This document shows, in pieces, positions 1 through 9,935 of a stretch of 23,387 bases of DNA (positions are counted from its first letter, which is position 1; every line of letters starts with the position of its first letter). This DNA comes from Chiloscyllium plagiosum (Eukaryota). Below the pieces are notes generated by a model. That model did not search any database and had not been told where the DNA came from. It worked only from the letters and a program-made list of their open reading frames with translations. The stretch is from positions 81,893,915 to 81,917,301 of the forward strand of contig NC_057719.1 of assembly GCF_004010195.1 (NCBI RefSeq), written 5' to 3'. A program made the position numbers and the translations under genes.

Positions 1-184
1 AGACCTATTCTGGAAGATGTCATCAGATGACCTCCCGCCTTTAACCATCACCCTTCCCCAGCCCCTCATCCATCCCCCTCCCTCAGCCATCTGCCATTAG
101 CTGCAGCATATATCTATCATCATGGAGCCCTGGCTGCTTGTCCTTGTTTTGACTTTGAAGCATCTGGTCACCCTCACTCAAGAC

Positions 185-250
185 TAGGCACAGTGACCAG
201 TATTATTATCTCTAGGTCAGAAGCTCTGGCTTCAAGGCCCACCTCAGTGT
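185..250 (+). mobile_element. Degenerate tRNA-derived SINE head fragment
   Basis: ggcacagtg...tcagaagctctggcttcaaggcccac resembles the A-box/B-box head of Deu-type SINEs seen elsewhere in the window; heavily diverged. Confidence 0.3.
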
Positions 251-464
251 CTGATAACTGTAGATGGTGCATCGTAACGCAGCTAAGAAGGAGGTTTCTC
301 AATCTTTAACCCTTTTCAGTAGGCGTAAGGCAGACTTAGGAGGAGGAGAGTTTCCTGACCAACCAGAACTCACTTACCAGCTTCAAGGATCCCCACTCAA
401 AGATTCGAAGCAGGTCAGGCTCTTGCCCCAGGCACATGTCATTCATCTTCCAACGCTGGAAAAA

Positions 465-1240
465 ATAACCAAAAAAAAAGCAAATCAGATGTTCAGGCAG
501 AAGCACACATCAAAACAGAGTTAGTATTTCAGGCTGATGGCCTTTCATTAGAACTAAAGATAGATAGGAATAAAACAATCTTTAAGGCAGTGAAAGAGGG
601 GAGGATGCAAAGTAAAGACTGTGATGGGATTGAGGGTAGGTAAGATTAAATTTTTTGATGCAAAAGCAGAGTGGTGATTGGTACAGTGAGGAGTCAAGGG
701 ATACATCCTGATGAAGGATAAATTACATCCTTAAGGAATATAAAAGAAAACAAGATAAGGCCAATCAAGCAACACTAAACACACAGAACAGGATGGCGGC
801 AGAGATTATGATTGGAATTTACTGAACACAGTGTTGAGACCGGACAGTTGTAGGGGTCGCTATTGCTGGGATACTGAGGCACGCCGAGGATTGAGAGTTC
901 AGATTGGGACCCAGGTGCAATGTTCAAGTGACAGGAATGTCAGGGTCGTGTTTGTGGGCTGAGTGGAGGTGCTACATAAAGTAATCACTGAGTGTGTGTT
1001 TGATTACACCCCCCCCCCCCAACTGTAGAGGAGACCCCATAGTGAGCAGTGGCGACAAGAGACTGCATTGAAAGGCCAGAAGTAGCTCATTGCTTTACCT
1101 GGGAGGAGTATTAGTGGAAAGGCAATCCCTGCTCTTGTGCCTTAGAAAAGGGAGAAGAGTCATTTGAAGGAGGGGACATATAAGGGAGAAACTGAAAAAT
1201 AAACCAGGGTATCGTGGAGGGAATGGTCCTTTTGGATTGT
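465..1240 (-). mobile_element. Decayed Penelope-like retroelement 3' part (GIY-YIG endonuclease remnant plus pLTR end with hammerhead-like motif)
   Basis: Minus-strand translation of ~1105-920 gives QVKQ*...FNAVSCRHCSLWGLLYS...IKHTLSDYFM*HLHSAHKHDPDIPVT, matching the PLE GIY-YIG pattern (VYCIRCSxCGLLYIGETKRRLGDRFAEHLRS..DPDLPVA). ~1235-1200 reads like the RDHSLHDTLV segment. Hammerhead-like motif at 519-555. Confidence 0.8.
519..555 (-). ncRNA. Degenerate minimal hammerhead ribozyme motif of the Penelope-like element (probably inactive)
   Basis: Minus strand reads AGUU-CUAAUGA-A-AGGC-caucа-GCCU-GAAA-ua-CU-AACU. Stems I (AGUU/AACU) and II (AGGC/GCCU) pair, but core G5 is A and the cleavage triplet is altered. 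Confidence 0.6.
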
Positions 1241-1497
1241 TATTCCCACTTCCTTTCGCCCTTCAGATAGCTGATATGCTGTGATTTTGAGATAGTCACA
1301 AAGGGAGACATTGCAGTAAGTGCAGTGAACGTCTCCCTGCAGTCTGCCTCAGAGAAGATTATTACAAGGAACCTCCTCAACTTCCTCTTCCCAGGGACTG
1401 AGGAATTCCTTCCAGAGTCATAGTGCAGGTCCGTACAGCCAGAGGCACTGTGTAATGGGTTAAGGTGATGGAGGGTAAACATATTCACATGGGCAAA

Positions 1498-1650
1498 GGG
1501 GAGAATGGCCTTTTCTCCTGTTCAAGTGCTACAGAATCTTTTACCCCCACATGAGGGGGCAGTAGAGCCTCGGTTTAATATCTTCAAAAGTCGGCACCTC
1601 CAGCAATGCAGCACTCCCTGGAGTGTCAGCAAGGACATTGTGCTCTCTGG
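1498..1650 (-). mobile_element. SacSINE1/Deu-domain SINE fragment
   Basis: aatcttttacccccacatgagggggcagtagagcctcggtttaatatct...cggcacctccagcaatgcagcactccctggagtgtcagc is the reverse complement of the recalled Deu-domain core. Confidence 0.75.
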
Positions 1651-1654
1651 CAAA

Positions 1655-1806
1655 CAGGGCTCTCAGTTTAAACGTCACCATTAAAAGGTGGCATTTGTTG
1701 ACATTGCAGCCAGTCCTCCAGACTACCCTGGATTTTCAGCCTCAACTTTTGTCCTCAAACTGGTGCCTAAGAAAGTAGAGAGCTACCCACTGAACCTTAG
1801 CTGACG
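1655..1806 (-). mobile_element. Second, more diverged Deu-domain SINE fragment including the tRNA-derived head
   Basis: gtttaaacgtcaccattaaaaggtggcatttgttgacattgcagc repeats the Deu core; it ends in gctacccactgaaccttagctgac (A-box on the minus strand). Confidence 0.6.
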
Positions 1807-2019
1807 TGCATTTGAACAGCTCATTAACTCACTGGAATACAGCCTTGGGATGCAGACAACAAAAGAATTTGCTCCTACGTTGCCTCTGATCAAACAGAGG
1901 CTGAGACAACCACAGAGGTACTGAACAGCTGGTGAACATGCAAGTTTTACCGTTTAACATTTAATACAACCTGACATTTCATAGCAATATATTTCCCCTT
2001 TAAAATAAAATCCCATTCA

Positions 2020-2450
2020 GGTTCTGCTTTTGCACATTAACGATTAATGGCCGTCAGTACTCTATAGTAAGTGGAGATTTCTCATGGCACTACAGTCATG
2101 CAGTGCTGAGCCAGTGACACTGTGCAGTGCACTCGGTTCTGGTGGCACCCACAAGCTAAGTGAGCAACATAGTTAGCTGCAGCTGCTCAAGCTAATGGCC
2201 GGCTCAGTGACACGTCAGTGTTTATTAATGGACTCCTTTCAACTTCATTACTGGGGCCCAGAGTGAGCTTTGATTAACTTGACAGCTCCGCTGTCTCACA
2301 GAATTATCGGCAGACTCCACCGAGTTAAGGGTTTGGTGACCCGTGAAGGTTATTCAACAGAATTGGTGACCCAGTTTTTGAAAGGGCCTCTGTTTTCCAT
2401 GAGACAGAATAATAAATGGACCCACGTGAAGAAACGAACTTCAGAGCTTG
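2020..2450. promoter_or_regulatory. Candidate conserved non-coding element / developmental enhancer
   Basis: Non-repetitive block with CGATTAATGG (2041-2050), CTAATGG (2192-2198), TTTATTAATGG (2221-2231) and TGATTAAC next to TGACAG (2271-2285). Motif evidence only. Confidence 0.4.
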
Positions 2451-2529
2451 GACGTTCCAAAGCACTTTGCAGCCCAGCAAAGTATTTCTGAAATGCAGTC
2501 ACTGCTGAACACAAGAAACGGGAGCAGCA

Positions 2530-2722
2530 GAAATACAATGCCTTGAGTCTGCTTCACCATTCAATATGACAATGTCTGATCATTGACCTCAACTCCACTC
2601 TCCTGCCCAATGCCTGTAACCCTCCGTAACTTCGAACCCAACTATTTATCAACATCAGTCCTGAATAAAGTCATTGGGCACTCTGGGGCAGAGAATTTCA
2701 AAGATGTACAACCTTCTGAGAG
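2530..2722 (-). mobile_element. Old CR1-type LINE 3' end fragment
   Basis: caccattcaatatgac...gacctcaactccactctcctgcc...ctctggggcagagaatttcaaagatgtacaacc is the reverse complement of a CR1 ORF2 end and 3' UTR. Confidence 0.6.
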
Positions 2723-2749
2723 GATAGCTGAGAAGGTGTTTCCATTTCA

Positions 2750-2963
2750 ATATGGTACAAGTACTAGGGGAGGAAGATTAAACTGTTCTGGGCAATAGGT
2801 GCATAGACAGTGAGAGGATGAACCTTAAAACACAGCCAGCTGCCCGAATGGTGGAAGCAGAAATGATTACAAAGGAATTTGGATGGGCATTTAAATAAAT
2901 CTGTAGGTCTGCGGGGATAGAACTGCGGGGACTATGGGAGCATCAGGACTGCTGTACAAAGAG
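2750..2963 (+). mobile_element. Highly diverged CR1-type LINE 3' end fragment
   Basis: gaatggtggaagcagaaatgattacaaaggaatttggatgggcatt... resembles the VVEA...FKRELD terminal region and the following UTR. Confidence 0.45.
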
Positions 2964-3249
2964 GATTAGATTAGATTAGACTCCCGACAGTGTGGAAACA
3001 GGCCCTTCGGCCTAACCAGTCCACACTGACCCTCAGAAGAGTAACCCACCCTCTGACTAATTGACCAAACACTATGGCAATTTAGCATGGCCAATTCACC
3101 TGATCTGCACACCTTTGGACTGTGGGAGGAAACCCACGCAGACACAGGGAGAATGTCCAAACTCCAGACAGTCACCCGAGGCTGGAATCGAAACTGGGAC
3201 CCTGGCGCTGTGAGGCAGCACTGCTAACCACTGAGCCACTGTGCCGCCC
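2964..3249 (-). mobile_element. HE1-type (V-SINE) tRNA-derived SINE, near full length with internal deletions
   Basis: Minus strand begins GGGCGGCACAGTGGCTCAGTGGTTAGC. A box at 3228-3238, B-box-like GTTTCGATTCC at 3184-3194. V-domain tgcgtgggtttcctcccacagtccaaag...ggccatgctaaattgcc, CR1-like tail ggccgaagggcctgtttccacactg, and (TCTAA)3 terminal repeat. Confidence 0.92.
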
Positions 3250-3259
3250 TATAGGATCT

Positions 3260-3490
3260 AAAATACTGGCAATGACAGATTCTATACTGTCCTTCAAAGC
3301 AGTGGCATGGGATCTTTTCCATCTACCTTGTTCAAGCAGATGAGGCCTTGGTTTATTCGGAAGATACAATCTGCAGCAATCCCTCATTAATCTCAGTGAG
3401 TTTCAATCTTCACCTCTATCCTCATGTCTCTGCACTGAGAGTTAATCCCACACTGGCTGAGTCAGATACGAGAGTGCTACTGTCACTCTT
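3260..3490 (-). mobile_element. Deu-domain SINE relic
   Basis: gtggcatgggatcttttccatctacc...gcagatgaggccttggttta matches the Deu core; head remnant gagtcagatacgagagtgctac. Confidence 0.65.
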
Positions 3491-3973
3491 ATTAAGTGTC
3501 TTTCATAAGCAGAAGGCTTCCCGAAGATCTTTGCAGCCTTTGCTCCTTTCAGTACCCAGTTCGGATCCGAGGTGAGTGCAGCTGACAGTCACAGGTTGCC
3601 ACCTCTCACGGCGACCACTTACTAACTCACCTTGGCAAGTGCCAACCTGTTTGGGGAATGAAGGCCTTCCTCCTCTCACAAACTGGCTGCGTCAGCATCT
3701 TCACTATCCGGGCTGAAAATACCAGAGCCCTGCCAGCGTCTGCACGCTCTCTCAGATTTCATCCTGACTGGTCCTTGCTCCAGCTCTGAGGAACCTCCAA
3801 ATCAGTTAGAGTAATAGAGTCATAGAGATGTACAGCATGGAAACAGACCCTTCGGTCCAACCCGTCAATGCCGACCAGATATCCCAACCCAATCTAGTCC
3901 CACCTGCCAGCGCCCGGCCCATATCCCTCCAAACCCTTCCTATTCATATACCCATCCAAATGCCTCTTAAATG

Positions 3974-4316
3974 NNNNNNNNNNNNNNNNNNNNNNNNNNN
4001 NNNNNNNNNNNNNNNNNNNNNNNNNNNNNNNNNNNNNNNNNNNNNNNNNNNNNNNNNNNNNNNNNNNNNNNNNNNNNNNNNNNNNNNNNNNNNNNNNNNN
4101 NNNNNNNNNNNNNNNNNNNNNNNNNNNNNNNNNNNNNNNNNNNNNNNNNNNNNNNNNNNNNNNNNNNNNNNNNNNNNNNNNNNNNNNNNNNNNNNNNNNN
4201 NNNNNNNNNNNNNNNNNNNNNNNNNNNNNNNNNNNNNNNNNNNNNNNNNNNNNNNNNNNNNNNNNNNNNNNNNNNNNNNNNNNNNNNNNNNNNNNNNNNN
4301 NNNNNNNNNNNNNNNN
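3974..4316. other. Assembly gap (343 N)
   Basis: Run of N inside the CR1 ORF2; ORF calls made of X residues are artefacts. Confidence 0.99.
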
Positions 4317-5070
4317 GGACCTTACCATTAAGTATATAAGTCCTGCTAAGATTTGCTTTCCCAAAATGCCGCACCTCACATTTATCTGAATTAAACTCCA
4401 TCTGCCACTTCTCAGTCCATTGGCCCATCTGGTCCAGATCCTGTTGTAATCTGAGGTATGCTTCTTCGCTGTCTACCACACCTCCAATTTTGGTGTCATT
4501 TGCAAACTTACTAACTTCCTCTTATCGAAATCATTTATGTAAATGACAAAAAGTAGAGGATCCAGCACTGATCCTTGTGGCACTCCCCTTGTGGTCACAG
4601 GCCTCCAGTCTGAAAAACAACTCTCCACCACCACCCTCTGTCTTCTACCTTTGAGCCAGTTCTGTACCTAAATGGCTGTTCTCCCTGTATTCCGTGAGAT
4701 CTAACCTTGCTAATCAGTCTCCCAGGGGAACCTTATCGAATGCCTTACTGAAGTCCATATAGGTCACATCTACTGCTCTGCCCTCCTCAATCCTCTTTGT
4801 TACTTCTTCAAAAGACTCAATCAAGTTTGTGAGACATGATTTCCCACACACAAAGCCATGTTGACTATCCCTAATCAGTCTTTGCCTTTCCAAATACATG
4901 TACATCCTGTCTCTCAGGATTCCCTCCAACAATGTGCCCACCACCGACGTCAGGCTCACTGGTCTATAGTTCCCTGGCTTATCCTTACCATCCTTCTTAA
5001 ACAGTGACACCATATTAGCCAACCTTCTGTCTTCTGGCACCTCACCTGTGACTATCGATGATACAAATAT

Positions 5071-5114
5071 NNNNNNNNNNNNNNNNNNNNNNNNNNNNNN
5101 NNNNNNNNNNNNNN
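5071..5114. other. Assembly gap (44 N) with duplicated flanks
   Basis: 4972-5070 and 5115-5213 are the same 99 nt with 5 mismatches. Confidence 0.97.
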
Positions 5115-7074
5115 CCCTGGCTTGTCCTTACCATCCTTCTTAAACAGTGACACCATATTAGCCAACCTCCTGTCTTCCTACACCTCACCTGTGACTATCG
5201 ATGATACAAATATCTGAGCAAGAGGCCCAGCAATCATTTCTCTAGCTTCCCACAGAGTTCTGGGTACACCTGATCAAGTCCTGGGGATTTATCCACCTTT
5301 ATGCGTTTCATGACAAGTCTCGCTTCCTCCTCTGTAATATGGACATTTTGCAAGGTGTCACCATCTATGTCCCTACATTCTTTATCTTCCATATCCTTTT
5401 CCACAGTAAATACTGATGCAAAATACTCCTTTAGTATCTCCCCCATTTTCTGCGGCTTCACACAAAGGCTGCCTTGGTGATCTTTGAGGGGCCCTATTCT
5501 CTCCCTAGTTACCCTTTTGTCCTTAACGTATTTGTAAAAGTCATTTGGATTCTCCTTAGTTCTATTTGCCAAAGCTATCTCATGTCCCCTTTTTGCCCTC
5601 CTGATTTCCATCTTAAGTATACTCCTACTGCCTTTATACTCTTCTAAGGATTCACTCGGTCTATCCTGTCTATACCTGACATACGCTTCCTTCTTTTTCT
5701 TAACCAAAACCTCAATTTCTTTCGTCGACCAGCATTCCCTGCACCTACCAGCCTTCCCTTTCACCCTGACAGGAATATACTTTCTCTGGATTCTCGTTAT
5801 CTCAATTCTAAAGGCTTCCCATTTTCCAGCCGTACCTTTATGTGCGAACATCTGCCCCCAATCAGCTTTTGAAAGTTCTTACCTAATCCTGTCAAAATTG
5901 GCCTTTCTCCAATTTAGAACTTCAACTTTTAGATCTGGTCTATCCTTTTCCATCACTATTTTAAATCTAATAGAATTATGGTCACTGGCCCTAAAGTGCT
6001 CCCCCACTGACACCTCAGTCACCTACCCTGCCTTATTTCCCAAGAGTAGGTCAAGTTTTGCACCTTCTCTAGTAGGTACATCCACATACTGAATCAGAAT
6101 ATTTTCTTGTACACACTTAACAAATTCCTCTCTATCTAAACCTCTCTATGGCAGTCCCAGTCTATTATTGGAAAGTTAAAATCCCCTACCATAACCACCC
6201 TATTATTCTTACAGATAGCTGAGATCTCCTTACAAGTTTGTTTCTCAATTTCCCTCTGATTATTAAGGGGTCTATAATACAATCCCAATAAGGTGATCAT
6301 CCCTTTCTTATTTCTCAGTTCCACCCAGATAACTTCCCTGGATTTCCAGGAATATCCTCCCTAAGTACAGCTGTAATGCTATCCCTTATCAAAAACGCCA
6401 CTCTCCCTCCTCTCTTGCCTCCCTTTCTATCCTTCCTGTAGCATTTTGTTAGAACAGAAGAAATCTCCCACTGTATCGGAGGGCTGAGGTCTGAGGGAGC
6501 AGTCCAAGGTCCAAGTTCAGCTATGGAGTGAGCGAATGTTGGAGGTTGCGTGAACCCTAACTGAAAGCCCTTGGCACGAAGGAGGAACATTAATTGCACA
6601 GTACTTCAGGCTGAAAGGATTTGAATAAGTTGCCACTCAGATTGGGCAATGCTGCCACAATGAGCAAGTATCACAAGGTCCAGCAAGGATGAGACACAGA
6701 ATCACAAAGGTTAAAGGGAGGCTGGCATAATCAGAGAGGGGGGAGCCAGGGAAATCACACAACCAGTCATTTAAAGTAGGTAAGGGTTGGGCAATTTAAA
6801 TAAATTACCCACTCTGCTCTAACATGGAAATTACATATTAGAAAATCCCCTGCTATAGCCATGAAGGAGTGGGAATGCTCCACTGAAGTTAGAAATTGTG
6901 AGAAACCCCTCTAGAACAACAGCAAGGTGTGGGAGAATCACCATTCCTTCAAAGTAGATATTTTTAAACAAGATTTTTTTTTAATAAATGCTATTTGCAC
7001 TAGAAAATCCTGGCGACAGAAATAGGATAGATTTGAATAATACATGCAAGTATACAATTGGAGTATAGCAGGTA

Positions 7075-7132
7075 AAAAGCCAAAAAACTGTAATTGTGGA
7101 AATCTGAAACAAGAACCGAAGTTGCTGGAGCG
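7075..7132 (-). mobile_element. Short Penelope-type terminal fragment
   Basis: aaaaagccaaaaaactgtaattgtggaaatctgaaacaagaaccgaagttgctggag resembles the terminal sequence of shark PLE-derived repeats (actgcagatgctgg...gttgctgga). Confidence 0.45.
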
Positions 7133-7459
7133 ACAGGGGAGGGGAATGTGTTGTGTATCTTGCTTAAAGGGTTAATTTTAATTAAGTACAATGAGCACCG
7201 CCCACTCTGATGATGCCATGTGGGCAACTGTTTAAAATAGGATCTTGTGGGAGAGAAACACAGGGCAAATCCTCCCAACAGTCTTTGTGGTAATGTTGAG
7301 CCTATTCTTATAGCCTGAAAATAGTTGACAAGACTCAATAAACTATATCTTGTTCACTCTACAAGAATCCTCTTGTTAGACCAGAAAGCAGCAACCCTCA
7401 CACACAACAGACCATGTAAGCATTGAAAGGACACACACTTGGAAGGTATGGCTGACAAG

Positions 7460-7630
7460 ACACACAACATTTATCCCAATAATGCTTCTGGACCACACTG
7501 TCTGCAAACGTACTGCCAAATGTCCGACATCACAGTACTGACTACACATCAAAGTTACTTTGCAGACCATAAAGTGCTTTAGGAAGTTCAGAAGCCATGA
7601 AATTCGCTGTCTGGGCATATGTCTTCCTTG
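7460..7630 (+). mobile_element. 3' part of a Deu-SINE (L2-derived tail)
   Basis: aacatttatccc...actgccaaatgtccgacatcacagtactgactacacatcaaagttactt...taaagtgctttaggaag...gccatgaaattcgctgt matches the SacSINE1/L2 tail. Confidence 0.6.
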
Positions 7631-8224
7631 ATCTTATTTTAAACTCTTAAGTTTTGATCCCAGTAATACATTTTTTTTTGTCTTTGGAAAATTAAAACAA
7701 CACTCAGTTCTCTTACCATACAAACGCAGCTAAATGAGCCATCTAACAAAGTGGGTTTTATCACAAAACTAAATGAACCATACAAGCAGGTTGGGCAATT
7801 AATCTTTATAAAGTGCTACTCCAAGTCCAAAAGTCATGGCTTATTAGGCAAAATGCTATTAAAGAAAATAATTATCACAATCTAAACAGTTTATTGGGTA
7901 ACCAAGCAGAAAATGTGCATTTAGGGCAGGTTGTAGAGCCAAAAGAATCGAATACAGCTTTAGGCTTCAATCTCTTGCATGTAATCTGCTCTTCTCCCTT
8001 TATACGGTCTGAGCCCCCAGCAGTCAGACAGAAAGTTGTAGCCATGTGCATGCTGGTGTAACGGTGATGTTGCTGGCTTTGTGATCCAGAAGCCAGGATC
8101 ATTAATGCATGGAATGAGAGCTCAAACAAACAAACTCCAACGCAAACCCATGGCTCTTTGACAACTCGAATTCAGATTGAAAACAACTGAAATATTGGAG
8201 TAAAAATTGATCAAGAAGGGGTTA

Positions 8225-8395
8225 GACTGTTCATAAAAAAAACCTAAGTGGAATAGAGAAGGAAACACGTTGCCTTTATCTGATCTTTCCTACATGTGCC
8301 TCCAGCTCTACGCCACTGTTTACCATCTCAGTAGTAGCTGCAAACAAAAAGGGATAGGCAATCTTGGATGCCAACTTTTTCAGTGACATTTTGAT
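8225..8395 (+). mobile_element. Diverged Meta-domain (MER131-like) SINE relic
   Basis: gactgttcataaaaaaaacc...agagaaggaaacacgttgcctttatctgatctttcctacatgtgcctccag...agggataggcaat resembles the recalled aaaaccc..gggaaggaaatctgccgtccttacctggtctggcctacatgtgactccag consensus. Confidence 0.45.
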
Positions 8396-8467
8396 CTCCA
8401 CCCCTACCCCATCGGAGAAAATGGATTTTCTTGACCTAGTCTATTGAATGTTTTGAACATTTTCTCA

Positions 8468-9052
8468 AGAGGAGCTGGAAGGTAATGTTGCAGCTGTATA
8501 GGACAGTGGTTAGGCTGCTTTTAGAATACTGCATTCAGTTCTGGTCTCTCTGCTATAGGAAGGATGTTGTGAAACTTGAAAGGGTTCAGAAAAGATTTAC
8601 AAGCATGTTCCAGGGTTGAGGGTTTGAGTTGTAGGGAGAGGCTGAATAGGCTGGGGCTATTTTTCCTGCAGTGTCAGAGGCTGAGGGGGTGACCTTATAG
8701 AGGTTTGTAAGATCATGAGGGACATGGTTAGGGTGACTGGACAATGTCTTTTAGCCCGAATCCAAAACTAGAGGGCATAGATTCCAGGCGAGAGGGGAAA
8801 GATTTAGAAGGGACCTAAGAGACAACGTTTTCATACGCAGGGTGGTGCATGTATGGAATGAGCTGCCAGAGGAAGTGATGCAGGCTGATACAATTACAAC
8901 ATTTAAAAGGCATCTGGATGATTATAAATAGGAAGGGTTTAGAGAGATATGAATCAAATGCTGGCAAATGGGACTAGATTAATTTAGGATATCTGGTCGG
9001 CATGGACAAGTTGGACCAGCAGGTCTGTTTCTGTGCTGTACAGCTCTATGAC
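8468..9052 (+). mobile_element. CR1 (HER1-like) LINE 3' fragment
   Basis: Encodes broken SWKVMLQLYRTVVRLLLEYCIQFWS...LERVQKRFT...WNELPEEV...FKRHLD and ends tgtgctgtacagctctatgac. Same family as 3809-6449, opposite strand. Confidence 0.93.
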
Positions 9053-9699
9053 CTCAATGAAATCACCCCTCAATGCGATAAGCTCAAGGGAGAACAAGCC
9101 AGGTTTATGCAATATCTTCTAGCAAGTGCTCACTATCACCTGCCAAGTTATCCTTCACGAGAATGTGATGCTCAAAACTTAACGCAGTACTCCAAATGGT
9201 AAACGTTATGCAAGCTTGATTAATGCTGCAGCAAATAGTGGAAATAACAGAACATCGCTACAAAAGGGAATAAACAGCCTGGATATTAACCCAGATATTT
9301 TTCTGCTATTGCAGAAGATGTTTTGATGTCAGGTCACCCTCTCATTTACATGCTACTTGACCTCGGCCTCTGCCAGCTTATTCTGCAATGGACACTCAAT
9401 GGCCCAAACAATTTATAAAGAAGCACATGACACAAGTGGGTTAGCAACCCATCACTGGCTGCTAGCACAGACTTTATAGTTACCAGTTCTCACTGATCTA
9501 TTACGCTGCCTGTATTTAAACAGTCTATCCCAACCCTAGATGTCCACATGCTGTAACAGTACTTTGGAACTGTAGGGACTAGAATTTGGGAAACATGGCT
9601 ACCAATTTAAAAGTTGCAAGGTCTCTCATATTGGGTGTCTCATCCCAATTAATGACTGGGAAAGCTGTTCTAATTGTACCGAGAGTGGGCTAAATGTTG

Positions 9700-9935
9700 G
9701 CATGGACTCTGGCAACACTTCCTTATTCTTCTTCACATAGCACAACAATTCACCTCTGTTAGCAAAAGGGTCCTGGGCCTAACTTCCCATTTGAAAGGTG
9801 GCATTTCTTACAGCACAGCACTCCTGGTGTACCTTAGCAAAGTGTCAACATCCACTTTCTAACACCTTGTGCTTCTGGATAGGATGCAAACCCATAGAGA
9901 TTCTGGCTGAGAGGCGACAGCACTGACAATAGAGT
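9700..9935 (-). mobile_element. Deu-domain SINE relic
   Basis: ttgaaaggtggcatttcttacagcacagcactcctgg...agtgtcaac core, plus head remnant aacccatagagattctggctgagaggcgacagcactg. Confidence 0.55.

Larger units (their letters stand above)
3809..6449 (-). mobile_element. 5'-truncated CR1 (HER1-like) LINE with disrupted ORF2 (APE part, RT) and 3' tail; spans two N gaps
   Basis: ORF fragments: VMVGDFNFP (6136-6324), KDKRVTRERIGPLKD and VDKSPGLDQVYP (5234-5851), GNYRPVSLTSVVG...QHGFV.GKSCLTNL...YMDFSKAFDKVP (4714-5040), WQMEFNSDKCEV (4479 down), FKRHLDGYMNRKG. (CTCTATGA)-type tail at ~3809-3828. Confidence 0.95.

Noticed and set aside
3184..3249. tRNA gene
   Set aside because: The A/B boxes belong to the HE1 SINE head and run on into the SINE body and tail.
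3828..4479. 122-170 aa ORFs around the first gap
   Set aside because: Their length comes from N runs; the flanks are CR1 sequence.
7712..8129. Overlapping 82/84-aa ORFs and a minus-strand donor-like G|GTAAGA near 7716 as a coding exon
   Set aside because: No recognisable protein, the ORF stops before the donor, and the frames I checked near the donor are short.
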